Origin: an uncultured delta proteobacterium
Lineage (GTDB): Bacteria; Myxococcota; UBA727; VGSZ01
NCBI GenBank assembly: GCA_963775425.1
Contig: CAVZJB010000003.1
Span: 662,274 to 726,273 of the forward strand
Direction of reading: 5' to 3'
Length of the DNA stretch: 64,000 bases
The notes beneath the pieces are model-generated. The model had not been told where the DNA came from. It saw nothing but the letters and a program-made list of their open reading frames with translations, and made no database searches. A program made the translations under genes and the position numbers. Positions 11,105-21,835 of the stretch are shown in pieces; position 1 is the first letter of the stretch; the number at the start of each line of letters is the position of its first letter.

Positions 11105-13666
11105 CTACCTCACCCGCACGCGCATGGGCGCGACCGCCAGGGGGCGACCCTCGCTTTCGACGGCGAGGGCGAGGGCGTCGGGGTCGCCGAGGAGCAGGCG
11201 CACGGCGCGCTCCAGGGAGGCGGCCCGGGCGCCGCCGGCGGCGACCTCGGCCAGCCCGGCGAGCTTCAACAGGCTGCTCTCCCGACCGGTGAGGACGTCG
11301 AGGCCGACCTCCTCGTCGGGCCCGAGCGCCGCGCGCTTCCTGGCCTCCTGGAGCGCGTCGCCGATGCCGCCGATGGTGTCCACGAGCTTGCGCTCCTTGG
11401 CCTCCGCGCCGGTCCACACGTGGCCCTGGGCGATGGGCTCGAGGGTCTCCTTGTCGAGGCCGGAGACCTTGCCGCGGCCGGTGACGACGGCCTCGAGGAA
11501 GTGCTGGTAGGTGGCGTCGACGCTGCCCTGGAGGGCGGCGCGCTCGTCCTCGTTGAGGCCGTGCAGCAAGGACGGCCCGGGGAGCTTGCCTCGCTGGAGC
11601 TGGACGTTGCGCACGCCCCAGTCGTCGGCGAGCCGCTCGACGTTGAACATGAGGCCGAACACGCCGATGGATCCGGTGATGGTGTTCGGCTCGGCGAAGA
11701 TCTCCTGCGCCGCCGACGCGACGTAGTAGCCGCCCGAGGCCGCGACGTCGCCCATGGACGCGATCACGGGCTTCTTTTCGCGCGCCTTCATCACCGCGTG
11801 CCAGATGAGGTCGGACGCGAGCGCGTCTCCGCCGGGCGAGTCGATGCGCAGGACGATGGCCTTGACGTTGTCGTCGTTGGCGGCGTCGTTGACCGAGTCG
11901 ATGATGGTGGAGGACCCGGCGCCGCCGCCGCCGAACAGCCCGCCGCGGCCGTCGCCCATGGTGATGTCGCCGACGACGGGGATGAGCGCGATGCGCGGTG
12001 GGTCGTCCCAGCGCACCTCGTGGGTGGTGGGGTCGAGGAAGTCCTCCTCGAAATTCACGGCGTGCCCGGCGAGGTCCTTCACCTTGTCCTGGAGCTCGTC
12101 CTCGTACGCGAGGCCGTCGACGATCTTCTTGTCGACGGCCTGCTGCGCGGTGAGCCCGCCGAGGTCGATGACGGCCTTGACGTCGTCGACCGAGAGGCCG
12201 CGGCCCTTGGCCACCATCTCGGTGAGGGCGCCGAAGACGCCGTCGAGGAGCGCGTCTTCCACCTGGAGCTCTTCGGGCGACGGCTCGTCGGAGGTGAACG
12301 TCCGCGGCGCGCTCTTGTAGCGGCCGGCGGTGACGGCCTCCGCCTCGACGCCAACCTTGTCCAGGGTGTCGCCGAAGTAGGTGAGGTCGGCGCGCAGGCC
12401 GTTGAGCTCGAGGCCGCCGGAGGGCGTGAGGTAGATCTTGTCCGCGACGGAGGCGAGGTAGACGTCCGCGTCGTCGCCGCCGTCGAGGTGCACGACGACC
12501 TTCTTGCCCGAGGCCCGCATCTTCTCGAGCACCGCGCGGATCTCCGCGAGCCGCCCCCAGCCAAGGGACATGCCCTTCACGCGCAGGACGACGCCCTCGA
12601 CGGACGGGTCCTCGGCCACGTGGCGCAGCCCATTGAGGACCGCGATGGCCTGCGGGCGCTCGCCGAAGAGCTGGTTGAGGATGCCGTGATCCTTGTCGAC
12701 GGGCACGCCCTCGCCGGTGAGCGTCATGGTGAGCCAGCGGCCGCTCGACGGGAACAGCCCCGGGTACTGCGCGCCCGAGGCGCGCAGGCGCACGCCGGCG
12801 AGGCCCTGCTGGCCGGCCGCGAGGATGCCGCCGGCTCCGCCCGACGCCGCGAGGCCGATGTGCTCGCCGTTGAGCTCGATGGTGCCGAGGACCTCGAGCT
12901 CGGTGGGGCTCGCGGTGTGCGCGCCGACGTTTTTGAGGTTGGCGCCGACGCTGAAGGCGAGGCCGCCGAGGTCGAGGCGGACGACGGCGGCGGGGACGAC
13001 GGTGAGGTCGCTGGCCCAGGCGGAGGAGGCGATGTTGCGGGAGCCCGGGACCACGCGGGCGTCGGCGCCGACGGTGAGCAGCTCGGTGAAGGGCCGGATG
13101 GAGACGCCCACGCGCGCGCTGGTGGGGACGATGTCCTGGTTGCCGAGCCCCTCGAGCTCGGCGCCCAAAGCGAGCCAACGCGACGGCCGCAGCTGCGTGC
13201 CCACGTCGACGAGGAAGTCGGGCCGGCCGCCGCCCGCGAGGGGCGTGTACGTGTGGAGGCCGACGCCGAGGGAGACGGCGCGGCCGGCGCCGACGGCGAG
13301 GCCGGCGGAGGTCCGCAGGCGCGGGACGTCGTTCAAGGGGACGGTGAGGCCGCCGCCGAGGGCGAGCCCGAAGCCGTCGCCGGGGACGAGGGCGACGGTG
13401 CCGTCGACGTCGGTGGCGCCGACGTTGTCGCCCGCGCGCAGGAAGGCGCCGAGGTTGAGCTCGCTGCCCTCCATCATCGCGAGGCCGGCGGGGTTCACCA
13501 TCAGCGCGGTGGCGTCCTCGACGGCGGCGGACTGCGCCTGCGGATAGTCGATGCCCGTGCGCGGGTCCGGCACCCCTTGCGCGCGCGCTTCGACGGCTGT
13601 GGCGGAGAGGACGAGGGCGGCCAGCGCGAACGAGGCGCGCGGCGCGGGGAGGGGGGGACGCGGCAT
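11105..13666 (-). CDS. sppA: Signal peptide peptidase SppA (S49) with N-terminal beta-barrel-like domain
   Basis: Tandem S49 domains: GRYKSA, RIDSPGG, AASGGY, TGSIGV; signal peptide. Confidence 0.9.
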   Translation of the reverse strand: MPRPPLPAPRASFALAALVLSATAVEARAQGVPDPRTGIDYPQAQSAAVEDATALMVNPAGLAMMEGSELNLGAFLRAGDNVGATDVDGTVALVPGDGFGLALGGGLTVPLNDVPRLRTSAGLAVGAGRAVSLGVGLHTYTPLAGGGRPDFLVDVGTQLRPSRWLALGAELEGLGNQDIVPTSARVGVSIRPFTELLTVGADARVVPGSRNIASSAWASDLTVVPAAVVRLDLGGLAFSVGANLKNVGAHTASPTELEVLGTIELNGEHIGLAASGGAGGILAAGQQGLAGVRLRASGAQYPGLFPSSGRWLTMTLTGEGVPVDKDHGILNQLFGERPQAIAVLNGLRHVAEDPSVEGVVLRVKGMSLGWGRLAEIRAVLEKMRASGKKVVVHLDGGDDADVYLASVADKIYLTPSGGLELNGLRADLTYFGDTLDKVGVEAEAVTAGRYKSAPRTFTSDEPSPEELQVEDALLDGVFGALTEMVAKGRGLSVDDVKAVIDLGGLTAQQAVDKKIVDGLAYEDELQDKVKDLAGHAVNFEEDFLDPTTHEVRWDDPPRIALIPVVGDITMGDGRGGLFGGGGAGSSTIIDSVNDAANDDNVKAIVLRIDSPGGDALASDLIWHAVMKAREKKPVIASMGDVAASGGYYVASAAQEIFAEPNTITGSIGVFGLMFNVERLADDWGVRNVQLQRGKLPGPSLLHGLNEDERAALQGSVDATYQHFLEAVVTGRGKVSGLDKETLEPIAQGHVWTGAEAKERKLVDTIGGIGDALQEARKRAALGPDEEVGLDVLTGRESSLLKLAGLAEVAAGGARAASLERAVRLLLGDPDALALAVESEGRPLAVAPMRVRVR

Positions 13667-13774
13667 GGCGCATCGTTCACGCGGTCCGCCTCGGTGTCAA
13701 CGCTCGCATCGCTGACAGAGCGCCCCCGATCGCCGCGCCCCGCCCACGCGATTGGGGCGCGCTATGGTGCACGG

Positions 13775-14941
13775 GTGAGCGGCGACGACGAGTCGGGCAT
13801 CTCCGTGCGAACCGACGTGCATGCCCTCGTCGTCCGGGGCGCGAGCCGCGACGATGCGACGGGACGAAAGCGCATCGAGCGGGCCGCGCTCGACGTCAAG
13901 GGCATCCTCGTCGCCATGCGCGACGATGACGGCGTGCCCGTGCTCGCCCTGCCCGCGCAGGGCGGTGACGGCGCCGGCGCGTCCCCGGGGCGAGCCGAGG
14001 TCGTCGAGGGGCAGCGCGAGGGGAGGTCCTGGCGCCTCGAGGTCGCCGTCGGCCGCGCGCTCACCGTCGGCGAGCGGGACGCCCTCGGGCGCGGCGTCGA
14101 GCAGCTCCTGTGGCCGCCGCTTCCGCCCGTGCGGCGGGTGCACCACCTGAGCTGCCTGACGATGTGCCCCCTCGGCGGACGCCTGTGGAACGAGCACGGC
14201 AAGCTCGTGTGCCACTGCCTGCTCGTCGAGACGGCCGAGGGCCTCGTCCTCGTCGACACCGGCCTCGGGGTCGCGGCCTTCGCCGACCTCCGGCGCTTCA
14301 GCGGCCCGGCGTTCCGCGGCGTCTACCGTCCCGTGCACGAGCCCGACGCGTCCGCCGTTCGGCAGGTCGAGCGCCTCGGCTACGCCGTCGACGACGTGCG
14401 CCATATCGTGCTCACGCACCTCGACGTCGACCACGCCGGCGGCCTCGCCGACTTCCCGAACGCCACGGTCCACGTCTCCGCCGACGAGCGGCGGGCGGCC
14501 GAGGAGCCGCGCACCTTCTTCGAGCGGCAGCGCTACGTGCCGGCGCAGTGGGCGCACGACGTCAGGTGGCAGCTCCACGAGGTGAAGGGCGAGCGCTGGT
14601 ACGGCTTCCCCTGCGTCCGCGACCTCCCCGGGCTGCCGCCCGAGATCCTCCTCGTTCCGCTCGTCGGGCACACCCGCGGCCACTGCGGCGTCGCCGTCGA
14701 CGTCGGCGGCCGTTGGCTGCTCCACTGCGGCGACGCCTACTTCCACAAGGACGAGATGGACGCCGCCGACCCCTGGTGCCCCGCCGCCCTTCGGCTGCAC
14801 CAGCGCCTGATGGCCGTCGACGACGTCGCCCGCAGGAGGAACCAGGCGCGCCTCAGGGAGCTTCAGCGCGGGGTGGGGGACGGCGTCACGGTCTTGTGCG
14901 CCCACGACCCCGACGACCTTGCCCGCCTGCGGCAGGGATGA
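13775..14941 (+). CDS. MBL-fold metallo-hydrolase with N-terminal extension
   Basis: THLDVDHAGG, GHTRGH, GDAY and CAHD motifs; start uncertain (13775 or about 14129). Confidence 0.82.
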   Translation: MSGDDESGISVRTDVHALVVRGASRDDATGRKRIERAALDVKGILVAMRDDDGVPVLALPAQGGDGAGASPGRAEVVEGQREGRSWRLEVAVGRALTVGERDALGRGVEQLLWPPLPPVRRVHHLSCLTMCPLGGRLWNEHGKLVCHCLLVETAEGLVLVDTGLGVAAFADLRRFSGPAFRGVYRPVHEPDASAVRQVERLGYAVDDVRHIVLTHLDVDHAGGLADFPNATVHVSADERRAAEEPRTFFERQRYVPAQWAHDVRWQLHEVKGERWYGFPCVRDLPGLPPEILLVPLVGHTRGHCGVAVDVGGRWLLHCGDAYFHKDEMDAADPWCPAALRLHQRLMAVDDVARRRNQARLRELQRGVGDGVTVLCAHDPDDLARLRQG

Positions 14942-14953
14942 CAGACCGCCCGC

Positions 14954-16053
<1,100 letters not shown>

Positions 16054-16057
<4 letters not shown>

Positions 16058-16552
16058 AAGGCTGACGAAAAACAAGGCTCGTAGCAGCACTCGGCGAAGC
16101 CGCCCACGAGCCGCGCGGAGTACGTGGCGAGGCACGTCGGCGCGCAAGAACCGCTGCAGGTTGTGGGAGACGGCGGGTCCGAGCGGTGTTGTGATCCCGC
16201 TATCAGCGCACGTGGCGGGTTCGTGCGGGTCGTGTGCGCGCCGACGTGCCTCGATGCGACGTCGGCGCGGACTTCAGGCGGTGAGCTTCGCGAGGTTCTG
16301 CAGCAGGTTGAAGGCCACGGCTGTCCATCAGGGTGAGGAGCTTGTCGAACGCGGCGCCGTGATCGACGCGGAACCTGGCGATGACGTCGTGACTCGGGCG
16401 CAGATCGCCGACGATAAAACGGAAGGCGTCGTCGTTCGTCGTCAGCCGCGCGATCTCCCGGGCGCTCCCGATCCCTTGGCCTATCGCGTACAGCCACAGC
16501 GTCAGGAGCATCCGCGGGCTCCGCCGTGTGGCCGTAGCACCGTCCCCTTCCG
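16054..16552 (-). mobile_element. Internally deleted IS1182-family element, copy 2
   Basis: DUF772-type N-terminus PRMLLTLWLYA..GIGSAREIARL...AFRFI.G..PSH..IARFR joined directly to the C-terminal segment shared with copy 1. Confidence 0.8.
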
Positions 16553-16574
16553 AGTGAGCGGCGTGACGAGCCTA

Positions 16575-16652
16575 GCGGCGTGACGACATTCTCGGCGGGA
16601 CGACGTGTTCGCTGACGAGGACGTGGTGCCCCGCCGCGAATGTCTACGCCGC
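16575..16652. repeat. Imperfect palindromic stem-loop element, copy 2
   Basis: GCGGCGTGACGACATTCTCGGCGGG / CCCGCCGCGAATGTCTACGCCGC arms. Confidence 0.65.
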
Positions 16653-16823
16653 GCCCCTTCGGCGCCTCTCTCGCGTGCGGCTCCTCCCGGCGCCGCGCCC
16701 GCCGCCCCTCGCGTCCGAGCAGGCAGTCCCGCGCGCGTTGCCGATGGATCGCATCGCTCGTCACCCTTTGACCGGCGGGGCCCCAAGCGGCCGCGTAGGG
16801 CGGGGGCTTGTCCCCCGCCTCGC

Positions 16824-17279
16824 TCACACCTTCAGCGACGAGAAGATGGCCAGGTACTCCTTGCGGGAGTCCTGGTAGGGGATGCCGGCCATCTGCGAGG
16901 CCGAGAGCGTGAAGGCGGTGGTGCCCTTCACGACGTAGGCCGTCATCGCCTGGAGCAGCCGGCCCTCGGGCCCCGCCGACTGGATCTCGAGGAGCGGGCA
17001 CTCCTCGCCGCCGACCGCGACGGTGCTGCGCTTCATGAGCTGGAAGTTCTGCAGCCCGCCCTTCATGGCGGTGAGCTGGGCCTCGGCATACGCGTCGACG
17101 CTGGTGCCCGCCGGGACCTCTTCGGTGGCGACGGTGACGTTGCGCGCGAAGGTCTGCTCTTGCTTGGTCACCATCATGCCCGCCTTGGGCTTTGCCTTCT
17201 CGGGCGCCGTGATGACGAACATGCGGGGCGTGTAGTCGTCCGGGGTCTCGAACGCGAGCGGACCGAGCTTGAACTCCAT
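16824..17279 (-). CDS. DcrB/DUF1795 (PsbP/Mog1-fold) protein
   Basis: Pattern NVTV..E.VP.G.S.DAY..AQL..M...L.NF......V.G...Q......GT.AFTLS; about 150 aa. Confidence 0.7.
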   Translation of the reverse strand: MEFKLGPLAFETPDDYTPRMFVITAPEKAKPKAGMMVTKQEQTFARNVTVATEEVPAGTSVDAYAEAQLTAMKGGLQNFQLMKRSTVAVGGEECPLLEIQSAGPEGRLLQAMTAYVVKGTTAFTLSASQMAGIPYQDSRKEYLAIFSSLKV

Positions 17280-17322
17280 ATCGAACCTCGGGGGGAAGGG
17301 GACCACGCCCGCAAAGGGGGCG

Positions 17323-19095
17323 TCAAGTCACCTTCATCGTGTCCCAAGCGACCATGCCCATGGGGCTGACCTCGACGTTGCCGTTCATGTCGCCGACGCG
17401 GCCGCGCACGGTGTAGCGCCCGTCCGCGGTCTTGTTGTCGTCGACGTCGACGCCGGAGGTGCCGACCTTGAGGCCGATCATGTCCTTGTACGTCTCGAAC
17501 GCCTTGCCGCCGACGTACTTGGCGAACTTGGGCCCGAGGTCGATCTTCATGGAGTCGGCGTCCACGTGGCCGGCGTCGTCCACCTTCACGCTGAAATTGC
17601 CCTCGGAGCCGATGCCGAGGAACGACAGGATGCCGCCCTTGAAGCGCCCCGAGACCTCGAAGCCGCCGCCCTCGAGCGGCGTGGTCTTGATGCCCTTGGC
17701 GACGGGCGCGTCCTTGATCTCGTTGAACGACGGGACGACGGTCCCCCAGAGCACGTCGAAGGCCAGCTTGGCCTGCTTGACGGCGACGTCGGGCGTGGCC
17801 ACGAGCTTGGGCTCGAGCTCCGCGGAGAGCTTGGCCGCCGGGCCCGCCACCTGGTCCTCGAGGATTTGGATCTGCTCGGGCTTGAGCGGGATGTTGTTGG
17901 CGACGGTGGCGAGCATCGAGAGCGCGTCCATCGAGAGCGTGCCGAGCTCGCCCTGGGTCGCGTGGTAGATCTGGATCATCGCCGCGGCCTCGCCGCGCTC
18001 GGTCTCGCTGGCCTTCCCGCCGTTTTGCTTCAGGTGCTCCACGAGCTGTTCGCTCGACGTGGCGAGCTGCCGGAGGAACACGAGCTTCTGACCGTCGGGG
18101 TAGTTCACGTACGTCGACAGCGCGATCTTGGCGACGCCGTCGAGCTTGCCGGCGTCGAGCGCGTGCGCGCGCAGGTCGAAGACGGCCTTGCGCGCCTCGG
18201 TCTCGGTGAGCTGCCCCTTGTCGAGCTTGTCGGCGATGGGGCCGAGGCCCTCGAGGTACTTGGCCGCGATGTCGATGAAGGGTTGCTCGAGCGGGCCTAT
18301 CGGCGTGCCCGACGACGCGCGCGCCTGGACCACCATGTCGCCGAGCGCGGCCTCTCGCTTGAGCCGATCGAGGAGGCTGCCCTCCGTGTCGAGGAGCACG
18401 TCACCCTGGGCGGCGCGCGAGGTGAGGAGCATGGCCTCCGAGGTCACCTCCTCGCCCTTGTCGGCGTTCACGCCGAGCTTGCTGTTTTCGAGGAAGGCGG
18501 CCGTGCCGATCTTCTCCTGCACCTTCTTGCCGACGGTCATGCCGAAGGTGGTGGAGGCGCCCAGGGCCGCGAGCGCGCCGAGGGGCCCGCCGATGGCGAT
18601 GGCGGCGCCGTAGCCAAGCACGAGCGTGGGCAGCATGCCGCCCATGGAGGCGAGGCCCCACTTGGCCTTCCTCGCGAAGCCGCTCTGCAGGAGGTTGGTC
18701 TGGTCCTTGTGGGGCGTGACGAACGAGTCCCACTGCTCCGCGGGGATGACGCCGAGGTCCCGCAGCTTGTTCAGCGTGTCGTTCTCGGCGTAGCTGAGCT
18801 CTCCGACGAGGTCGAGGAAGCCCTTGGTCTGCTCCGGGGTCCACTCGAGCTTCTCGCCGCCCTCCACGCGCTTGACGACGTCGCCGAGCACGCGGGCCAC
18901 GATGGGGAACTCGTTTTGGATGCGCGCGTTCAACAGGACGTCTTTGGCCTTTTGCAGCACGGCCTTGTCGTCGTCGTTGAAGCCGTAGCTGCCCTCGGCG
19001 GTCTTGATGCCGTCGGTGCCCTTGCGGAGCTGGTTCTCCGTGACGGCGAGGTTCTGGCTGATGACCTTGGGCGGCGTGCGGTTGCTGATCGGCAT
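17323..19095 (-). CDS. Hypothetical 590-aa helical protein with a Gly/Ala-rich hydrophobic hairpin
   Basis: Long ORF with strong GC3 bias and GGAG RBS; hydrophobic segment GLASMGGMLPTLVLGYGAAIAIGGPLGALAALGAS. Confidence 0.85.
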   Translation of the reverse strand: MPISNRTPPKVISQNLAVTENQLRKGTDGIKTAEGSYGFNDDDKAVLQKAKDVLLNARIQNEFPIVARVLGDVVKRVEGGEKLEWTPEQTKGFLDLVGELSYAENDTLNKLRDLGVIPAEQWDSFVTPHKDQTNLLQSGFARKAKWGLASMGGMLPTLVLGYGAAIAIGGPLGALAALGASTTFGMTVGKKVQEKIGTAAFLENSKLGVNADKGEEVTSEAMLLTSRAAQGDVLLDTEGSLLDRLKREAALGDMVVQARASSGTPIGPLEQPFIDIAAKYLEGLGPIADKLDKGQLTETEARKAVFDLRAHALDAGKLDGVAKIALSTYVNYPDGQKLVFLRQLATSSEQLVEHLKQNGGKASETERGEAAAMIQIYHATQGELGTLSMDALSMLATVANNIPLKPEQIQILEDQVAGPAAKLSAELEPKLVATPDVAVKQAKLAFDVLWGTVVPSFNEIKDAPVAKGIKTTPLEGGGFEVSGRFKGGILSFLGIGSEGNFSVKVDDAGHVDADSMKIDLGPKFAKYVGGKAFETYKDMIGLKVGTSGVDVDDNKTADGRYTVRGRVGDMNGNVEVSPMGMVAWDTMKVT

Positions 19096-19145
19096 CGAGG
19101 CTCCCCGGGTTCGTGCGGGCTGTGCGGACGACGGCTAGGCAGACG

Positions 19146-19178
19146 ACAAAGAGCCGCCATCCCTTCGGATGGCGGCTC
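19146..19178 (-). terminator. Intrinsic terminator/attenuator between the 127-aa and 590-aa genes
   Basis: 12-bp perfect stem GAGCCGCCATCC-GAAG-GGATGGCGGCTC followed by TTTGT. Confidence 0.75.
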
Positions 19179-19199
19179 CCTGCGCTGGGCGAGGGTCGC

Positions 19200-19583
19200 T
19201 CAGTCGCCCTTCTTGGCGGCGTCGATCAGGTTCGCCGCGATCTCGAGCGCGTTCTTCACGGCGATGCCCGAGGCGACGAGGCCGGCCGCGGTGAACACGC
19301 CGATGGCGATGGCCTGGTCGGTGCCCGAGGTGTTGGGCTTGAGGGGGCCGACGACGTCCTGGCCGTTGATGGCCTTGATGGCCTCGTCGAACGAGTGGTA
19401 CGCCACCCAGGTCGAGCCGGCGACGAGGACGCCTTCCTTGACGTTGCCGCTGACGACGTCGATGCCGGCCTTGGCCAGGCTCGCGAGGCCCTTGGCGCCG
19501 GCCTCACCGGTCTTCTCGCTGTTCTTGCCGAGCTGGCGGAGGACGTCGGAGGCGCTGTTGCGGTTCAGATTGTTGACGGGCAT
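19200..19583 (-). CDS. Hypothetical 127-aa protein with C-terminal hydrophobic helix
   Basis: AGGAG RBS; biased codons; AIAIGVFTAAGLVASGIAV segment. Confidence 0.82.
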   Translation of the reverse strand: MPVNNLNRNSASDVLRQLGKNSEKTGEAGAKGLASLAKAGIDVVSGNVKEGVLVAGSTWVAYHSFDEAIKAINGQDVVGPLKPNTSGTDQAIAIGVFTAAGLVASGIAVKNALEIAANLIDAAKKGD

Positions 19584-19782
19584 TCTTTTCTCTCCTGGTT
19601 GGGTCCGTGGACCCGTTCTTTGAAACGACGTTGGCCCACGGGCCTCGGTCGGCTGTACATAGCGCGAACCCGCTCAGATTGGCCCAAGCTGCCCGCACGC
19701 GATTTCGTGCAGAGTGTCGGGGGAAATATCCTACATGTTGCGCAGCAGATCCCAGCGCGACGCGTCAAAGACGGATGCGCCC

Positions 19783-20478
19783 ATGCCGACCCGCCGGAAG
19801 ATTCTCGAGGCCGCGATAGAACGCCACCCGGTGACCGCGGAGCTGACCGAGCGGCGCGCGCAGCGGGTCGCGCAGGTGGTGCTCCGGCGGCTGTCCTCGG
19901 TGACGGTGGTGATGGAGAACCTCGCGGATCCGCACAACGCGAGCGCGGTCCTGCGCACCGCGGAGGGGCTCGGCCTGGACGCCATCCACGTGGTCGAACA
20001 GCCCAACCGCTGGGAGAAGAACGCCGCCATCTCCAAGGGCGCCGACCGCTGGATCGAGGTGGTGCGCCACCAGGGGCTCGCCCGCTGCCTCGGCGACCTC
20101 AGCGCGAGCGGCTTCACCCTCTACGCCGCCGACGTCGGCGACGGCTGCGTCCCCGTCCACGACATCCCCGTCGACACCCCCGTCGCGCTCGTGTTCGGCA
20201 GCGAGCGCGACGGGCTGTCGCGGCGGGCGCGGGCGCTGACCGACGCGCGCTTCACCGTGCCGATGTTCGGCTTCGTCGAGAGCTTCAACGTCTCGGTGTC
20301 GGCCGCGCTCGCGCTCTACGACGTCACCCTGCGGCGGCGCGCGGCGCTCGGCGCCGAGGGTGACCTCGACGACGCCGGCCTCGCGTCGCGCGCGGACCTC
20401 TACTTGCGGCGGGCGCTGAAGAACCCCGCGCTCATTCGTCGCCTGGAGGCGTCGGGGGCGCTTGCACCACGAGGCTGA
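19783..20478 (+). CDS. trmH: SpoU/TrmH family RNA 2'-O-methyltransferase
   Basis: DPHNASAVLRTAE, VFGSERDG, PMFGFVESFNVSV. Confidence 0.88.
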   Translation: MPTRRKILEAAIERHPVTAELTERRAQRVAQVVLRRLSSVTVVMENLADPHNASAVLRTAEGLGLDAIHVVEQPNRWEKNAAISKGADRWIEVVRHQGLARCLGDLSASGFTLYAADVGDGCVPVHDIPVDTPVALVFGSERDGLSRRARALTDARFTVPMFGFVESFNVSVSAALALYDVTLRRRAALGAEGDLDDAGLASRADLYLRRALKNPALIRRLEASGALAPRG

Positions 20479-20884
20479 AGGACAGCGGGCCCGCGCGGGC
20501 GGCGACGTCGAGCGTGGTCTCGCCGGCGGCCCGCGCGGCGACGACGGCGCCCTGGCGTGTCGCGGGGCCGGCGACGGCGCTGCCGGTGTCGCGCGCGGAG
20601 ACGGTGTCGCCGTCGAGGGCGTCGAGGTGCACGGGGAGGACGTCGACGAGCGAGCTGTCCCCCGCGCTGATGGTCATGTCGCGGCAGGGGCCGCTGTAGC
20701 CGTCGTCCTCATCGTACTCCGTGCACTCGAGGGCGACGGCGAGCCCTTGCGTGAGCGTGAGGGTGCGCGACTCGACGTCGAGCGACGCCGTGCGCCCCGG
20801 CGGCGCCTGGGTGAGCACGGTGACGGTGGTGCGCGCGCAGCCCCCGAGGGCGACGAGCGCGACGAGGGCGGCGACGCGCTTCAT
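20432..20884 (-). CDS. Hypothetical lipoprotein
   Basis: MKRVAALVALVALGGC lipobox; ATG overlaps the upstream stop. Confidence 0.75.
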   Translation of the reverse strand: MKRVAALVALVALGGCARTTVTVLTQAPPGRTASLDVESRTLTLTQGLAVALECTEYDEDDGYSGPCRDMTISAGDSSLVDVLPVHLDALDGDTVSARDTGSAVAGPATRQGAVVAARAAGETTLDVAARAGPLSFSLVVQAPPTPPGDE

Positions 20885-21528
20885 GGGATCACCTCGAGGG
20901 TGAGCGAGCGGGACAGGCCGAGGGCGTCGACGGTGATGACGGCGGTGCCCTCGTCGGGCGCCCGGACGCGGCGCTCGAGGGCGAAGCCCTGGTCGACGAT
21001 GCGGAAGGCGTCGTCGTCGACGCTCCAGGCGTCGCCCATCTCGCCGAGGAGCTGTTGCCCCGCCTGCCAGACGCGCAGCGAGAGCGTGAGCTCTTCGCCG
21101 GGGAGCACCTGGATGGCGTCGGGCAGGGCGCGCTCGTCGACGTCGGCGCCGCCGCCGCGGTGGAAGGTGAGGTGGTCGGCCTTGGCGACGGCGACGTGGG
21201 TGAAGTCGAGGACGCTGCCGTCGTCGGCGAGGACGAGGACCGCGGTGATGCCCGGGGCCACGGCGTGGACGCGGCCCTCGTCGTCGACGGTGGCGACGTT
21301 TTCGTCGACGGCCTCGAGGGTGACGGGGACCGCGGTGCCGCCGGCGATGCGCGGGTGCACCTCGAGGGCGAAGACCGAGCCGGCGGCGAGGGGCGCGTCG
21401 ACGTCCCCTCGCTGCTGACAGGTGACGTCGTCGGCGGCGCACGGGGTGGACAGGGCCGTCTGCGCGAGCTCGCCGGTGGTGCACGCGCTCGCGAGCCCCG
21501 CGATGAGGACAAGGGCGGTTCGTTTCAT
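20881..21528 (-). CDS. Lipoprotein with Ig-like (Big_2-type) segment
   Basis: MKRTALVLIAGLASAC; ENVATVDDEGRVHAVAPG. Confidence 0.75.
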   Translation of the reverse strand: MKRTALVLIAGLASACTTGELAQTALSTPCAADDVTCQQRGDVDAPLAAGSVFALEVHPRIAGGTAVPVTLEAVDENVATVDDEGRVHAVAPGITAVLVLADDGSVLDFTHVAVAKADHLTFHRGGGADVDERALPDAIQVLPGEELTLSLRVWQAGQQLLGEMGDAWSVDDDAFRIVDQGFALERRVRAPDEGTAVITVDALGLSRSLTLEVIP

Positions 21529-21691
21529 GCGCGGCGCGAAGCAACACGGGTGCCACGACGCGTGCCGCGTTCCGCCGCGCCCACGCGCGCATGGCTCGCG
21601 GGCCGCCGCGACATCCGCGTCGCACCTCCGCGCTCGTCGCTGGCGCTCGTCGCGCGCCCTCGACGTGTCCATCGTCGTGTCCGTCGACGTG

Positions 21692-21746
21692 CCCGTCGTG
21701 GGGGCCCGTCGTGGGGGCCCGTCGTGGGGCCCGACGTGGGGCCCGT
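21692..21746. repeat. Intergenic tandem repeat (CCCGWCGTGGGG[G]) x4
   Basis: Units at 21692, 21705, 21718 and 21730. Confidence 0.85.
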
Positions 21747-21835
21747 GAGCGGCGACTCCACGTGGCGGACGTTTGTGACCGCGGTGGCGCCGATCCCCCT
21801 ACGCACGCCGGGCCGACGGCACTAGCGTTGTCGCG

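Noticed and set aside
10419-13673. Very long Arg/Pro-rich and antisense ORFs, for example 10419-13673, 25361-28084 and 47006-49873
   Set aside because: Shadow frames of real genes caused by high GC3; no motifs
16575-16652. Hammerhead ribozyme (CTGACGAG...CGAA)
   Set aside because: GAAA core and stems I/II cannot be formed, and the core is not kept in copy 1
21692-21746. CRISPR array
   Set aside because: 12-13-bp units with no spacers and no cas genes
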